A stretch of 64,000 nucleotides of DNA from Hemiscyllium ocellatum (taxonomy: Eukaryota), in assembly GCF_020745735.1 (NCBI RefSeq), contig NC_083412.1:63206320-63270319 (forward strand), read 5' to 3'. The notes below the pieces were generated by a model. The model ran no database searches. It was not told the origin of the DNA and saw only the letters and a program-made list of their open reading frames with translations. Shown here in pieces: positions 12,401-26,247 of this stretch. Made by a program: the position numbers and the translations under genes. Every line of letters begins with the position of its first letter. Positions within the stretch are counted from its first letter, which is position 1.

Positions 12401-13403
12401 ATCTGGAGTTCAATGACTCAGTTGCAAAGAAGAGTCGCTGGACTTGAAACATTAACCTTGTTTCTCTCTCTGCAGATTCTGCCAGGCCTCCTGAGTATAT
12501 CCAGCATATTCTTTTTTTTAAATTCCAGGCTTCCCACATCCCTGTATTTTGCTTTTACAATTGCAAACTGATCATCTGCTTTTGTGCGGTAATATTGACC
12601 AGAACACCAGGTATTACTCCTCTCCACCTCTTCTCAATAGTTTTGTGGGATGTTTTGCATCCACCTGAAACAGTGGAAAGGAGTGTGGTGTAACATCTCA
12701 CTGTACCTCTGACAGTGCAACACACTTCTAATACCACAGTGCAGCATCAGCCTCATTTGTATTTTCAAGTCCTGGAGAAAGACTTGAATTCATAGCATTC
12801 TAATTCTAAGGCTAGAGTGCTATCAACTGAGCACAACTAGCATACTCAAATAGCTTGTAAGTAACACTGAATATAAAGATCTTTCAGCTTTAGTTGTATT
12901 TGACTTAACCAACAACACTAATCCCTCAATTTTTAAATTATATTTGTTTCTTGTAAAATCTAACATTTGTGTGAAAAGGTTTGATGGGCATCACACTAGG
13001 ACTCCTGCATGATGTACCATTATCTAGCGATGGAAAAGCACAGCTTATGCCCAACCCCATAATTTTAATTTAATTTAAACATTTTCAAAGTTCCTGAAAT
13101 TAAAACAAAAACTAAATGTTCTGTGAATGGACATTCTCTCTCCAGTCTCAAGAAAGATTCTAACATTAAGTAGAGTGTGGAGTTGAAGCTCAGAAAGATT
13201 CCTTTTAAACACATTAATCCACACCCCCAACCATATCATTCTATCCCACACTCTACCTCCAACCTTAGAAGGGCACCTCCTGATATCTTAGTTTTACAAA
13301 TGAGTTTCTCTTAAAAGAGCAAAATTATTTTACTTTCCTGTCAATGCATCAGACACTTTACCAAGAAGTGTTTTATCTCTTTGCAATGCCATTATTTACA
13401 ATA

Positions 13404-14154
13404 CAGGTAGCTCTCGTATAAAATGTGATTTTGAAGAATTAGGGAACGGTATTTTTGAGATCACTTACCTCTACTCACAATAGCACAATTCCAGCAGCGA
13501 TCCTTTCACACCATTCACTCTGCGCATGCACCAATGTCAACGCCAAAGATTCTGTGTTGTTCTGCACATGCTCCAATGTGAGCTGCCATCAGAGCAAGTG
13601 AGAGGTACAGTACTATATATTTAAACGGCATCATCTCAAAAATTTAATTTATGAATGTTCATTGCTCTCCCTCTGAGACAAGAATATGATTGTATAATTC
13701 CTGGATACGCCCTGTATATTTCCTGCAGGACTGCACTACTCTTCTACATACCATGTGCCTTTCTAATTTGTTCTTGGACCTATATTTCCCACAATCTAAA
13801 CCAACCCCCAAGAAACAATCAGAAGACAATCACCATCGCCATCCACTTCTGCAACCACAAATGCACCTGAAGGTGGTGATGATAATGACTCTCTGTCCCT
13901 GCATTAAGAATATTTTTCCAACATAATCTGTTAAATTTATTTTTGTTTCATTAATAAATATGATTTAAATGTTCACTCGGGCTGTGCTAAGCTTTCTGTT
14001 AGGCTTTTGGTGATTTTTGAGTGATGATGAGTGATATTTTTTGCTGGTCTGCCCCAACCCACATTTCCCATGGGCCCCACTATTTCCATTAAGCAATTTT
14101 CTATTAAGCGGGGTTTTGCTGAATGCAACTATGGCATTATAGGAGAAATATCTG
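13404..14154. mobile_element. Tigger/pogo-like non-autonomous DNA transposon
   Basis: TA|caggtagctctcgtataa ... ttataggagaaatatctg|TA: imperfect TIRs with TA on both sides; related to the 937-1165 MITE. Confidence 0.6.
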
Positions 14155-15116
14155 TACTAAGTCAATAACAGAGGCAAATACAGGGGAAGGGTCTTGTTCC
14201 TCGACTTCGGATCGTATTCTGTAGTAGACAATCTCTAGAAGATGTGTGAGAGAACAAATCTGATTGAGTTACCTCACCTCTTTAGAAAGCCCCAATAAAA
14301 CATTCCAGTGAGAACTGCAGCACAGATAAAGCCTATTTTTATTTCCTTTCATGCAATGTAGCATCACTGGCAAGATCAGCATCCCTAAGTACATTTGAAC
14401 TGAATGACTTGCTTGGCCACTTTAGAGGCCAGTTGCAAATCAACCACATTCCTGTAGATCTAGTGTCAAATGCAGGCCAGACTGGGTAAAGACAGCAGAT
14501 TTTCTTCCCTTAATGACATTAGAGAACTGAATGGGTTTTTACAACAATTGATGATGATTTCATGGTTACCAATCCTGAGACTAGCTTTTATTTTAAGATG
14601 TTATTCATTGAATTTAAATTCCACTAGCTGCTGTGATAAGGTTTGAACATCTGTCAGCAGCACATTGAGCCTTTGGACATTACCACTGCATTCCATGTTC
14701 TGTGTTAATGTTAATAATAAACTTCATTCTCACATTAAATTATCTGATCATAATCAGATTCTGACCTTAAAAAGAAATTCCTGATGTAAGTAGATTATTA
14801 CCATGTCCTATTTATTCCTACAATTACGTTACATGCTTATCATATGTAAGTCTTGGTTTAAACATTTCTTCCATCCTCCCTTGTGACACAAATGTGAGCT
14901 GTAGCCTTCAGTCAAATAGTGTCCTGCTACAAAATTATCATTCCTCTCTTCAACTTATTTGGCAAATAAAACACAACTCAAAAAGATTAGTGCATCTTAA
15001 TACAATTAAAATACAAAGACCTTACCACCCTAAGTGTAAGCTGTATGCTTTGTACTTATTTATTAAGAGCATTGAATAAAACAGTTGAAATAAATCAGGA
15101 TTAAAACATCAAAACT

Positions 15117-15350
15117 TCATACAATCAGGTTGGAAAATCTATTTGTGTTTTTCTTCTTACTAAACATTGTAACAAGGGTCTTTTTCTCTTGTTTCAATTC
15201 TGGAGACTTGCATATACTGATGAGAGCGACAGGCTTTGATTTACTCTCTGTCACATAGTATGGACAGGTTTTCAGATGTTCTGCGATACTGGGGTTATCA
15301 TTAAACCTCCAACTGTCGACAGTAGAGAAGACAGAGCTGAACTGCCACCT
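15117..15350 (-). CDS. FBXO40: FBXO40 last coding exon (RWQFSSVFSTVDSWRFNDNPSIAEHLKTCPY...FSNLIV*)
   Basis: Acceptor ctttccttttattacag|AGG; 78 codons including TGA. It carries the conserved WQFSS..F...W.F....S..EHLK.CP motif. A minus-strand AATAAA lies at 15059-15064. Confidence 0.92.
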   Translation of the reverse strand, partial: RWQFSSVFSTVDSWRFNDNPSIAEHLKTCPYYVTESKSKPVALISICKSPELKQEKKTLVTMFSKKKNTNRFSNLIV

Positions 15351-15935
15351 CTGTAATAAAAGGAAAGGGTCAGAATCTTACTAATTCAGATTTACCAATG
15401 CTCCTTGGGTATAAGGTTCAACTTACAAAAGCAAATTGTATGAGTTAAAGGGGTGCAAACTAATTGGACTTTTTTCACATAATTTGAAGTGGATTTCTTT
15501 TCCTTGACCTCTGTGCAAAATTAATGGAAGTTTTACATTTGAAATGAGCACAAAACTAAATGGGATTCCCTAGAGGAGGGGGGTCCCATTCCATTTAACT
15601 AAGATACAGCCCACAAGTTTCAGTTCTCACTTGCTTCTGCTATCTCAGCACAAACCATGCAGACAGAATTGGTTAAAGAATCTCAATAGATCAGGGAATT
15701 TAACAGTGATCTTAAAAAACACTCAAAGTTACTCATGCTTACATTTTCCATGACCATTTATACTAATTCAAGATTCAATTCACCCAAATCAGATCCCACT
15801 GATCTCATAAAACCACTGAGTCTACTCGGGAAAATTCTGCTGATTTTCTTAGATGGACTGGCAAGTGGGTCAGTATGATTTTCTATTAAGTCATTTACAG
15901 TGATTTCAAATCTTATTGCGCATAAGTTGAGGGCT

Positions 15936-16185
15936 GAACAAAAACAGAAATTTCTGGAAAACCTCAGCAGGTCTTGCAGCATCTGTGGAGAGAAAGCAGA
16001 ATTAATGATTCAGGTCCTGTGACCCTTCTTCAGAACTCAACTTAATGCAGTTCTGAAGAAGGGTCACTGGACCCAAAAAGTTAATTCTGCTTTCTCTACA
16101 CAGATGATGCCAGGTTTGCTGAGTTTTTCTGGAAATTTCTGTGTTTGTTTCTGATTGCCAGCATCCACAGTTCTTTTGGTTTTAT
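15936..16185. repeat. Inverted pair of short hammerhead-family repeats
   Basis: 15936-16038 is the reverse complement of ~16049-16149, with a ~10-nt spacer. Confidence 0.8.
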
Positions 16186-18666
16186 TGAGGACTGGATTCC
16201 TTTATTAAAAGTGCTCATTTTTGGTGATAAAGCCTTTCCAGCTTTCTTAATAAAATAGCACCACATTATCAGTCTTAACTATTTCAAAGATGTTTTTGAG
16301 AAGACAAACTATTATATTTATCGAGATTTGTCAAGACTGACTCCTCCCCAATGTTATATTACAATGTTTATGTCAAGGAAGCACTACATAGAGATTTTTC
16401 TTCAACTTGTGATAATGCAAATGATTTTTATAGAAAAAATAAGCTTGACTTAACAAGTACTATTTTAACTTCAATTTTCAATTGGGTCTGCAGCAGAAAC
16501 CCTACCCTCAAGGTTTAGCATTGGCATATAGTCAAAACAAGTTGCACTAATGCTAGCATAAATTTATATGGGCTGAATATTAGACTTGAGTGAAAGACTA
16601 GAGCTTGTGCAATTAGTTTGCAGCATACCACTTTCCCCACTATCATAAAAATCATGTTGCAGTAAAAGTTAACAGTCTCCTGGCAAGATTACCACTTCCC
16701 CACTATGAGACAAATGTGATTACATGACGAAAATTAATACCATGAATTCCTGAAATATTTTGCTGCAGTTTGTGCTTCGAGTTAAGATACTCATGGTATC
16801 CTGGAGGAACACATTGTAATTGAATCAAAAACAAGACTGTTTTCACACGTTCAAGCAAACCCACTGCTAGCAGTTAACTAATTGTTTTTCATATCTTCGA
16901 AAGAAAGAAAACTCCTCATCAAAGGTGCAGCCACAATTGTACTGTCGAGAGCTTGAAGGAATGACTGGAACTCAAAAAGGATGGTCAATAATAGTATCAG
17001 AAACACTAACCTTACTATGGGTATATACTTTAATTTGACAAATACAAAATAGTGAGGGATATAATAATTGCGTTACTGAAATAATAAACCAAAGACCTGT
17101 ACTGATCATTGACATCAGACCAAATCCCACATGGTAGTTTTTGAACCTCAATCCAATTTTTTAAAAAGGCAGTCAAAATATCAATACATAGCTTCATTAA
17201 AAGTAACAATGAAACAGTTGAAATACTGCAGAATTTACACACTTGAATTCACAAGCCCTAAAATTTCTAAAGCGTTTACTTAGTACCTTGTGAGTAAGCA
17301 CCAACATATTTCAAAGTTGAAATTATCAGCAGTGTTGAGCAGGTTGTGGGGAAGCAGTTAAGTTGGATAGCAACTGGATTTCTTCATTTCATTGCACTTC
17401 TCCAATTTTCTCTCGAATAATGATGGGTCCTGATGCCCTAATCAATATCATGCTTCAAAATACAGGTTCCTAATAAAATGCTATTCATTGTCGTTGGGGC
17501 CCAGCATCTTTATTCTTAACATTTAAAATGCCTGAATCATGGCCAGAATAAATTGCTCATAGCTCCTTCTAATACGTGAACCCTTCCAATGCAAATTATC
17601 CATATTGAAATGGTTCAATGTATTATCAGTCAAGTTGTTCCTGCTTTGTTATCAATTGGCATAAATAAAAAAGCTGAGAAAATGTATGTGGTCAGCAGAC
17701 TGAAATATTTGAATGCCACATGAGTTGCTATTCTCAGAGTAAGCAACAGTGCAATCAGGGATAGTTATTTTTAAACTGGCATTGATAGAACTGAGCGAAC
17801 TGAAGGTCAACATATTGCTTTAGTGGTGGAATCCCCAAATTGTCAGGTTTTTGTTGTTGAAGGCTAATTTACTTTCTTGTTAACCATAATATTTATTTTC
17901 ATGGCATTTTAGCTTATGAGCACTTTTGGTAATTTCATTAACGCTGTGAGGTATTGAGAACACCATTATATATTTGTGCTGAATTTTGAGACTATGTAGG
18001 ACACATAGGGAAGCACAAGTGGAATAAACCTCTCAAAGTTATCAGCAATGTAGCCCGCAAATAAAATGATTTGCCATGACATCATATAATGTCACAGTAT
18101 TGCTGGGTATGTTGCATTTATGATTGTAAAAACCCCTAAGTGCTTGAAAAATTAGGAAAAATAAGGAAAGGCTACATGATTAACACCAGCCTAGAGATCT
18201 GGGATATTGTTTTGCAAATACATGCCATACAATAAAGTAGCAAATGCTAATATTTAGAAATTTCTTGTCTACTGTAACATTCTACTAAGCTTCAACACTA
18301 AAGTATTGGTATTCTTGCAAGTGACATTTCTTCATACCTGCATTTTTTATAACAAATTTGTGAAGCTGTGTGGTACTATTTCTATCACTTCAATATCCCA
18401 CCTTAAGTTTCAGATAGGGAAGACTTCTTCATGAGGTAGATTTCCTGTGTGAATTCCTTGATCTGCTTTCATAACTCAGGAGAAGTTTCTTGGAAATTGT
18501 GGAAATCAGTTTAAATGGCCATTTATGCCATTTTCCTGGTGTTTTCACAAATTTTCCAGTGGTTGTTTGGAAGATACCCGCAAAAATTTCACAACAATCC
18601 GTGTCACACTTCTTCCTCAGCTATGGAAGTTGAATTTTTTTGACCTTTGTTTATTTCCTGCCCTCT

Positions 18667-18975
18667 GGGCGGCACGGTGGCACAGTGGTTAGCACTGCTG
18701 CCTCACAGCGCCTGAGACCCGGGTTCAATTCCCGACTCAGGCGACTGACTGTGCGGAGTTTGTACGTTCTCCCCGTGTCTGCGTGGGTTTCCTCCAGGTG
18801 CTCCGGTTTCCTCCCATAGTCTAAAGATGTGCGGGTCAGGTGAATTGGCCATGCTAAATTGCCCGTAGTTTTAGGTAAGGGGTAAATGTAGGGGTATGGG
18901 TGGGTTGCGCTTCGGTGGGTCAGTGTGGACTTGTTGGGCCGAAGGGCCTGTTTCCACATTGTAGTAATCTAATCT
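18667..18975 (+). mobile_element. HE1-type shark SINE, full length
   Basis: tRNA-like head gggcggcacggtggcacagtggttagcactgctgcctcacagc, B box gggttcaattccc, and taatct tail. Confidence 0.9.
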
Positions 18976-19920
18976 CTGAAAAACAAACTAATCTAGCTAC
19001 TAACCAAGACCCCACCATGTTCAAACAGAGAAGAAATCTCTGGACTAACTACTGTTGAGCATAGATAAAGGCTGTCTTTCCAATATGTTCTCGCATAGCA
19101 GCACAGAGCCATAAACTCTTGAAGGAAGCATCTGCTGTTCTGTATATATTTGCAAATTTAAATAAAAAATAGACAGACTGTGTGTATTAGCTTTGAGTTG
19201 GTTGTCAATTTTGCTTTGGGTTTGCGAATTGACAGCACAGTAAACTAAAACTGGTCAGTAATAATTCTGTAGAAATAATATACTGTTAAAAATCACTGTG
19301 ATAATTTAATTAAAATTGACTTCATTCAAAATTAAAAATGCTATTTTGCATTATTATTTACTATTTTGAATAGTAACTTATGGCAAAAATAAAATATATT
19401 TTTTGTCTCCAATAGCTAAAAAGGAATGCTGTTCATGACATTCAAGTGTGATTACGGAAGCCTTAGACTGTTTATTAAGCACACTGGTGCTATGTATGTG
19501 AACAAGATTAGGAGACAGGATGTGTTTGATAAGTGAGCTGATCAAGGGATAAGGCATTAACATGGAAAGGTTGCAGAACAAGCTGCCATAATGTGACAGA
19601 CCGGTTGTAAACTCATTGTGCTTAATTAATTGAGGCCAGTGAAATGGATGACATTCATTTCTCAAGCTTAACTGTTCCTTTTAGTCATCATAATTCCCAC
19701 TAATGGAAAAAAATGGTTTTTAAAATATTATCACCACTGTTGGAATTCTTAAAAGCTCCCACTACTCTCCATGTTTCTATTCACTTTTCACTGAATTAAG
19801 TTTAATTACATAAATTGCTGGCATCAATTTAAATATCACAGAAGCCGGAAAGAAGCCATGGAACATTTTAAACTTTTCTTTAAAAATTTTTAAATGAACA
19901 AGACGAAGAAATATACTTGC

Positions 19921-21789
19921 CCGTTTTCGAGCTCGCCAAGAGAACCTTCCATGTGAGTAACTCTTCTTTTCCCAGACAAGAAAGACCATGCCATGCTCTT
20001 GCAGTAAAGTGGAAGAGATTGCATTCATCAGTACAGATACTTGGGACAGTTGTGCTAGGCTATAGCTGTCCAAGAAGCTTGCAATGTACCTCAGTATCTC
20101 ATATGGAAGACTGCTCAAGCTGAGCCCACTTTTCCTACTTTTCCATATTTTTGGATCCCTGTGACTGTGCTGACACAGAACTGCAGGAATGTCTGGTTTG
20201 ACTGCAAACGTACTTTGATGTTGATTGTAGATCACTTTAGCCTTCTGACTGGAAGGGCAAAATCTCAGTTGTGAGTAGGAACAGCCAAGATAAGCAAGAG
20301 GACATCTCTGTAGCATCCAGCCATTCAGGCCTGACTGAATATCAGCATGCACATTCCTGAAATGTGATGAGAACTCATCTCTCCTGAAGAAATGGTGGCA
20401 CATAAATGTAAAGGCATTGTTGTATCGTTTTGTGATACACTCCATCTGGAGTTGCAGATATAGACAAGATTCTTTGTGTGCTGCTACATCAGCCAAAGTT
20501 ATATCATGGCTAAAAGGAGAGGAGGGGAAAGAATATGTCTGAGTTGCAAAATCAATGGTCAGCCCATCAGTGACTTTTCTTTCTGATATAATGTGGCCTT
20601 TTAAAACTTTTTCCAAATAAGTAAGTAATGAAATAGTAACTTCATCATTATAATGATCCTCTGTGTCCAGGTCAGAAGTGTCCACAGCTTTGTTCTCCTT
20701 TTTGACCTTACTTGACAATGTTTCTCCAACATGTCCACGCTTGGCACGATAACTGGTAGGAACTTTAAAAGTGTTGACAGTTCTAACAGTCTGAGCCTCC
20801 AGTTTCCCATAAACAAAGTCTCTTTCTTTGGGTGTACATGCACTCATCTGGCCAAACCGAATAAGCATACTGCCATGATGAACCAAGTACATATTGAAGT
20901 GTTTTCTATCCATTTGAGTTTCTAGCCTTTGTAGAACACCTTCCTGCCAAGGAGCTTCACCTGTCTTTTCAACTGACGCTAACAAAGCTGGATCTGGGGG
21001 TATATTTATTTTATTTTCATGTAGACTTTTGTTACTTTCGCAAACTAATGACTTTTCACTCTTTTGTTTGGCTTCAGCTTTTGTGGCTTTTTCTTCAGAG
21101 GCACAACCTTTATCCTTACTGAAAATATGCTCCCAAGTAGAATACATAGACAAATATTCGAGTTCATTGGATTCTGCAATAGCCTTTTGTTCTTCTGGAG
21201 TAGGTTCAGCCATTTCTGCCACATCTGCACAGACTTTACCTGCTTCATTGAAATTCCCATCTAAAGTTGCAGAATTGACTTGTTGTTCTCCCACTGCCCC
21301 TTCCTCATTCAAATTTAACTTATTTTCATCAACAGGTTCAGCCATCTCAGGGAATAGTTCAGCCAACTTCACTGAATTGAAAAGAATCCTCTGATCTGTC
21401 ATTGCAGTGCTGAAGTCTAAGTCTTCAGGATTCAAGGAATCTTTGACAGCATTTTTATTTAGTGCAATGTCATCTTCATTAGCTGGCCAGCGGTTCCATT
21501 GCATTGAGCAACACACAATGCTGGCAGGACAAACATAAAGATGCTTGGAAAGTTTTTGGCGTGCCATAACGAAGGGACAACCAAAGGCTGAATTCAGGCA
21601 AGGTACTTGTTCCTGTGGACATAGTAGCGTATGTTCATCCTCTTTACACTGGTGAAAGACAGCACCACACTTGGAAGAGCAACTGATAACCAAACAGGAA
21701 ACAGAAGGTTCAAAAGTCTTTTTGCAGTGCCGATCATAACATTTTTCACAGTGTTTGTGCAGTCGAGAAGTCGTATTTCTATTCCTGAT
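19921..21789 (-). CDS. FBXO40: F-box only protein 40, main exon (623 codons; TRAF-type zinc finger to F-box)
   Basis: Acceptor tttttgcttctatag|ATC. The peptide includes HKHCEKCYDRHC...CGAVFHQCKEDEHTLLCPQEQVPCLNSAFGCP...CPASIVCCSMQWNRWP, FRRDEFSSHFRNVHADIQSGLNGW and the F-box LSSLPYEILRYIASFLD. This matches the FBXO40/FBXO30 family, and the termini are FBXO40-like. Confidence 0.93.
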
Positions 21790-22299
21790 CTATAGAAGCA
21801 AAAACATCCTGCTTTAATTGCATTGGTTTACTTGATGCACTTGCATATTACTGTAGGGTGTGTGTTGTATATTTTGTACATGCTCAAAATCAGACTAGAA
21901 TTATGAATTCATATCTATATAATATGGAATAAAGAATTAACTATGGTTTTACTCTTAGAAGAGCCACTGAGGGTATGCATAAGTCAGAGTGATGCAAGAT
22001 CATTTGGAATTGGAACCTGAGTCTGTAAGACTCCAGATTTGTCCTCTCTTACCATCTGTTATGTTTAATAAAATCTATAAGTTTCACTTCTTGTAGTATA
22101 GACCTGATCATACTGCATGGTGTTGAACAGTGGCTTTACCTCCAAGGCAAGAGGTAAGAGGCGTCTGAACTGATACCCAAAGATAGCACAGTGTTGCAGG
22201 TGAATGATGCCAGCCCAGTGAGCCAAACATAGAGGTGGAGGAGAAACCTGAAACGAAGCTCATTAGAGTCAAATTGCAATAAGCAATGGACATTAAGAT

Positions 22300-23000
22300 C
22301 AAACCACGTGTTCACTTAGTCACTGGACCACAAAAAGAATTAACCCACAGAAATATTGAAAAGAACAGGAAAAATCCCACAACTAAAAATGGGGTGAGCA
22401 ACAAGGAAATTAATCAGCTAACCCAAGTAAAACACTACAATCAGTTTAAGCGTTTTTATTGGAATTGGGAAGAAACAAGCACTCAGAAGGTTGTCCAGTA
22501 GAAAGTGTGTGAACTATAGAGTATGATTGAGAGACCACATTAGGAAAATCCAGGCCTAGCCAGTATCAGAGGGTCATGATTGCTAATACCAGTACAGAGT
22601 TGCATTGGCAGCACAGAAAGAGGGAAAACGGACCACAGAAGTTTCAAGTGCCTAGATATTGGAGGACACTGAGTACCAGGATGAATTATTCTTAGGCAAT
22701 GTAGTTCAGGCACATTGAATTTTCAAAGCACCAAGACAAATTCTAGTGTGCAGACATCGTAGTTCATGGCAAGAAAGGTAAATTTTAAATTTGACACAGG
22801 GCAGATGTATCAATTCTTTCAGATGATAAACAATCATGGAGGCCAAAAAGTTTCAAATGATCCGCGTTAAACTTTGAGACATAGGAGATATTACAAGCAG
22901 AGTGAGGTCAGATGCATTCCAAACTTGCTAGAACAGAATAAATATCATAGAAACCTTGTATGTCATTTAACATATTTTTAATTAAATGGAGCTTTATAAA
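22300..23000 (+). mobile_element. Highly degenerate Gypsy gag/protease remnant in an FBXO40 intron
   Basis: ~22780-22825 reads VNFKFDTG/ADVSI across a frameshift, the aspartic protease motif. Confidence 0.5.
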
Positions 23001-23792
23001 TCTTTTAATGTTTTTCAATGAACAGATACCAAAGACATTGAAGTGACTCGGTAGTAGGAATCTCTCAGGTCCCTTTTATATCCCTTAAATTTAGGATGTG
23101 TGCAACACCCAACCTACCACACTCACCTACACATGCAGTCATTATACCCTTTCATGCTACTAAGTTATGCCCAATAATTTTTAGCTCATTAGCATTCCTC
23201 AGAGCATCTGATCTGTGGAAAAACCAAATGATGAATTGCTCTTACTAGTTCACAATTTTGCATAAGTCAGAAAACACAACCCTGAAATAATGATCCATAG
23301 GTTTGTATGATAGCAGTGAGACTACCAGGAGAGGAACTTATCTTTCTCCAATCACCCATTTATTTGTCTCTGTGGTGGCAACATATTAATAACACTATCA
23401 CAGGCTTGTCAGTACTTTGACAATTATCTCTGATGCTAGAAGATATGCCTGCCTAGGAAAGTAAAAGAAACATTAAATAATGAAAAAGTAAGCTCAGAAT
23501 TCCACTTCAGTGACAAACTCTGAGCTCACTGTAAAGAATGAGAATTTTCAAAGAGAGCCATGAAGGCTGCAATAAGGTGAGGTGCTCAAAACAGGAGAAG
23601 AGAGAAAAATAAAGTGAGGGATCAAGGTTATACTTTAATGATAAGGTCAATAACAACTACAGTGATTTGGGCAGGTATTGGAAAATTCAAATATTAATTT
23701 CTATCTGAAGATAAATCTGCATTAACTATGAACTAAGAGCTTAGTACTGCATGTTACTGACAGTGACTTGAAGTTCATCTTCAAATTCTTAC

Positions 23793-23820
23793 CATTTTGA
23801 CTAATCTTCGTTCTTCCCCA
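23793..23820 (-). CDS. FBXO40: FBXO40 28-nt exon ending in the initiator ATG (coding part 23793-23795)
   Basis: tttttattctttcag|TGGGGAAGAACGAAGATTAGTCAAAATG|gtaaga. The next exon starts in phase 0 and has no ATG of its own. Confidence 0.75.
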
Positions 23821-24849
23821 CTGAAAGAATAAAAACAATTACATTACATATCAATTAAGAAATTTTATGTCCAATAAGTTTCAATTTTTTAAAAAAATCC
23901 AGCTTATCGAGCATCAGTTGAATGAGGTATGCTTTATAACATACGCAGAACATCATGCAGTGATCTCAGTAAATGGAATTAGGTGCACTGTGAATGAATA
24001 GAAACAAATTGTAATTTGTGTGATGGGATGAAGTGTAAGGAATTGCATTTTTCATTTATATTCATTCAAACTTCAGTATCAATCACCCAGAGGTCAAGTA
24101 TGAGTAGTAGATCCAATTCTATGTATCACAATATTTTTCTGGTAATTTGACTCAACATTAACACCAACAATGGGGTGTGTCAATTTGTGAAATTCTATCC
24201 TCATAATACAGCTAATGACTACTGAATTTGAGCAATTTTTGATAGACATTAATTTAGATTCAGGGATTTCATTTGTCTGAAAGGAACTGTGAAATTTGTA
24301 AAAGAGGAAAGGTATATCTCACCTGATTAGATTGGATTTGGTTTTATGTTCCTATAGTGAATACAAATTGCATACTGACAATCTGGGATGAATTGCATTT
24401 GCCTTTAAAGAAAAGGAACATAGAAATTAGAAACTAGAGTAGGATACATTACTCTTTGAACCAGCTCTGCCATACAACAAGATTGAGGTTGATACTCCAT
24501 CTCAAGTCCACCTCCCTGCACAATCCTTATTATTCATAATGACCTTAGTACTTAAAAATAAATTCCTGTTTTGAATATGCTCATTAACTGAGCATCAACA
24601 ATACAGAATTCCAAAGATGCATATCGATTTGAGTGAAGAATTTTCATTTCACTGCAGTGCAAAATAATCAACTCTTCTTCTGTGACCATGACCTCACACA
24701 CCAGATTCCCAGCTAAGAAAATATATTTACAGTAGCTACCTGTTGTCAATAAAAGACGCAGTAAGGACTTTTTTTTGCACATTTGATTATATATCCTCCA
24801 CCTCCAACTCCCTCCCATTTGTCATGGGAAGTTAATATTGAGGTTAATG

Positions 24850-25980
24850 ATCAGGGAACAAGAACGAAAGAAATTGAATGAAAGAAAATAAAATTAACCA
24901 AGTTTAAAAGAGTAAAGTTTAAATAATGATAAATACAAATGGAAAGGAAAATGAGAGCAAGAGAAAAACTATAAGAACAAAAATAGAATGAAAGAGGAGG
25001 AGGAAAAGAATGAGACAGAATCAGAAGAGCATGAAAATGAAAATCCAAAGATGTGCTGGTTAGGTTAATTGGCCATGATAAATTGGCCACAAAGTTAGGT
25101 GTATTAGTCAGGTGCATTAGCTAGTGAGCTAAGTATCGAGTAGGGGAATGGATCTGGGTGGGTTACTGTTCGGAGGGTCAGTTGGGCCAAAGGGCCTGTT
25201 TCAATTCTGTAGGAAATCTAATCTAAAGAAAACAAGGAATAATAAATAGTAGGAATGTGGAAAGAAAGACTGAGAGAATATGAAATTAAAGAAACAGCAA
25301 GAATTGCAACAAAGAGTACGAAGGTGCTAGAAATAAAGAATGAAGAGAAACAAAGAGAAAGGGGGAATCACCATGAAAATAAATTAGAATAAGAAGAATT
25401 TATGTGAATAGAGACAGAAAATTAGACAGCATAGAAGAATAAGAAAGCAAGATTATGAGGAAGACAAAAGAGAGACCATGATAAAATGACTATGGATGCA
25501 AGTTATTAATGAAAGGGAGAATGGGTATGATGCAAATTATTAATGAGAGGGAGAAAATGAGCAAGGTTAGGTCATGTGGAAATAATAAAGCATGAGAGTA
25601 TGTGTTAAAATGATATTGTAAGGAAAGATACAAGTCAAAGAGAAAAGTAATTAAGAAAAGAAAAATAAGTAAAAATAATACATTTTGATGGAAAGGCCCA
25701 TCCCACAGGCTGCTTCCAGCATTTTTAGAATTTAACACAGTTTTTCTACAAACAATGCAATGCAATAAAGGAAGAAAGACATGAAGGATCAGGATGAACA
25801 ATGGAACAAACAGTGAGTCACCTTCACCAAGGAAATTTGTGGATTGAGAAATAAACAGTGGAAGGACTGAAATGTGATGAATTGGAATAAATGAATAACA
25901 GAGCAATAAAGAGTTGCATTGAAAGAGTGATACAAAGAGGCAGAAGGGATGTCAGAAGATAAATTAAACCTAAAATTAAA
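24850..25980 (+). repeat. Purine-rich (A/G) low-complexity tract with an embedded HE1 fragment (~25045-25225)
   Basis: Strong strand-asymmetric AAAG/AAG composition. Confidence 0.7.
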
Positions 25981-26247
25981 CACTTAAAATCTCATAAAAT
26001 AATTCACATCTGAAAAGAATTTATGATCGTATATCCTCTGGATGAGAAAGGTTAATGTATACTTCCGAGGGAGGAAGGTCCTGGACCTTCTGACCCAGAG
26101 GTAGAGACACTTCCACTGCAGATATTTCTTAATCAACATTTTCAGAGATGTGAGTACACACCTCTGGAGCAGGTGGAATTTGAATCCTGGCCTCCTGGCT
26201 CAGGGGTAAGGACACTACCACTGGACCACGTGAGCCTTTGATTATAT

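Noticed and set aside
18667-18740. tRNA gene
   Set aside because: It is the tRNA-derived SINE head, continuing into the SINE body and tail.
18651-18959. Recurrent ~100-aa ORF (MWKQALRPNKST...), also at 60907-61239 and related at 45274
   Set aside because: It is the antisense reading of the HE1 SINE, not a gene family.
19777-21693. The 638-aa ORF as a single-exon protein
   Set aside because: It starts at a TTG inside the exon and runs into intron sequence; the true exon is 21789-19921.
24851-25983. Hydrophobic, membrane-like ORFs on the minus strand
   Set aside because: They are an artefact of the pyrimidine-rich low-complexity strand.
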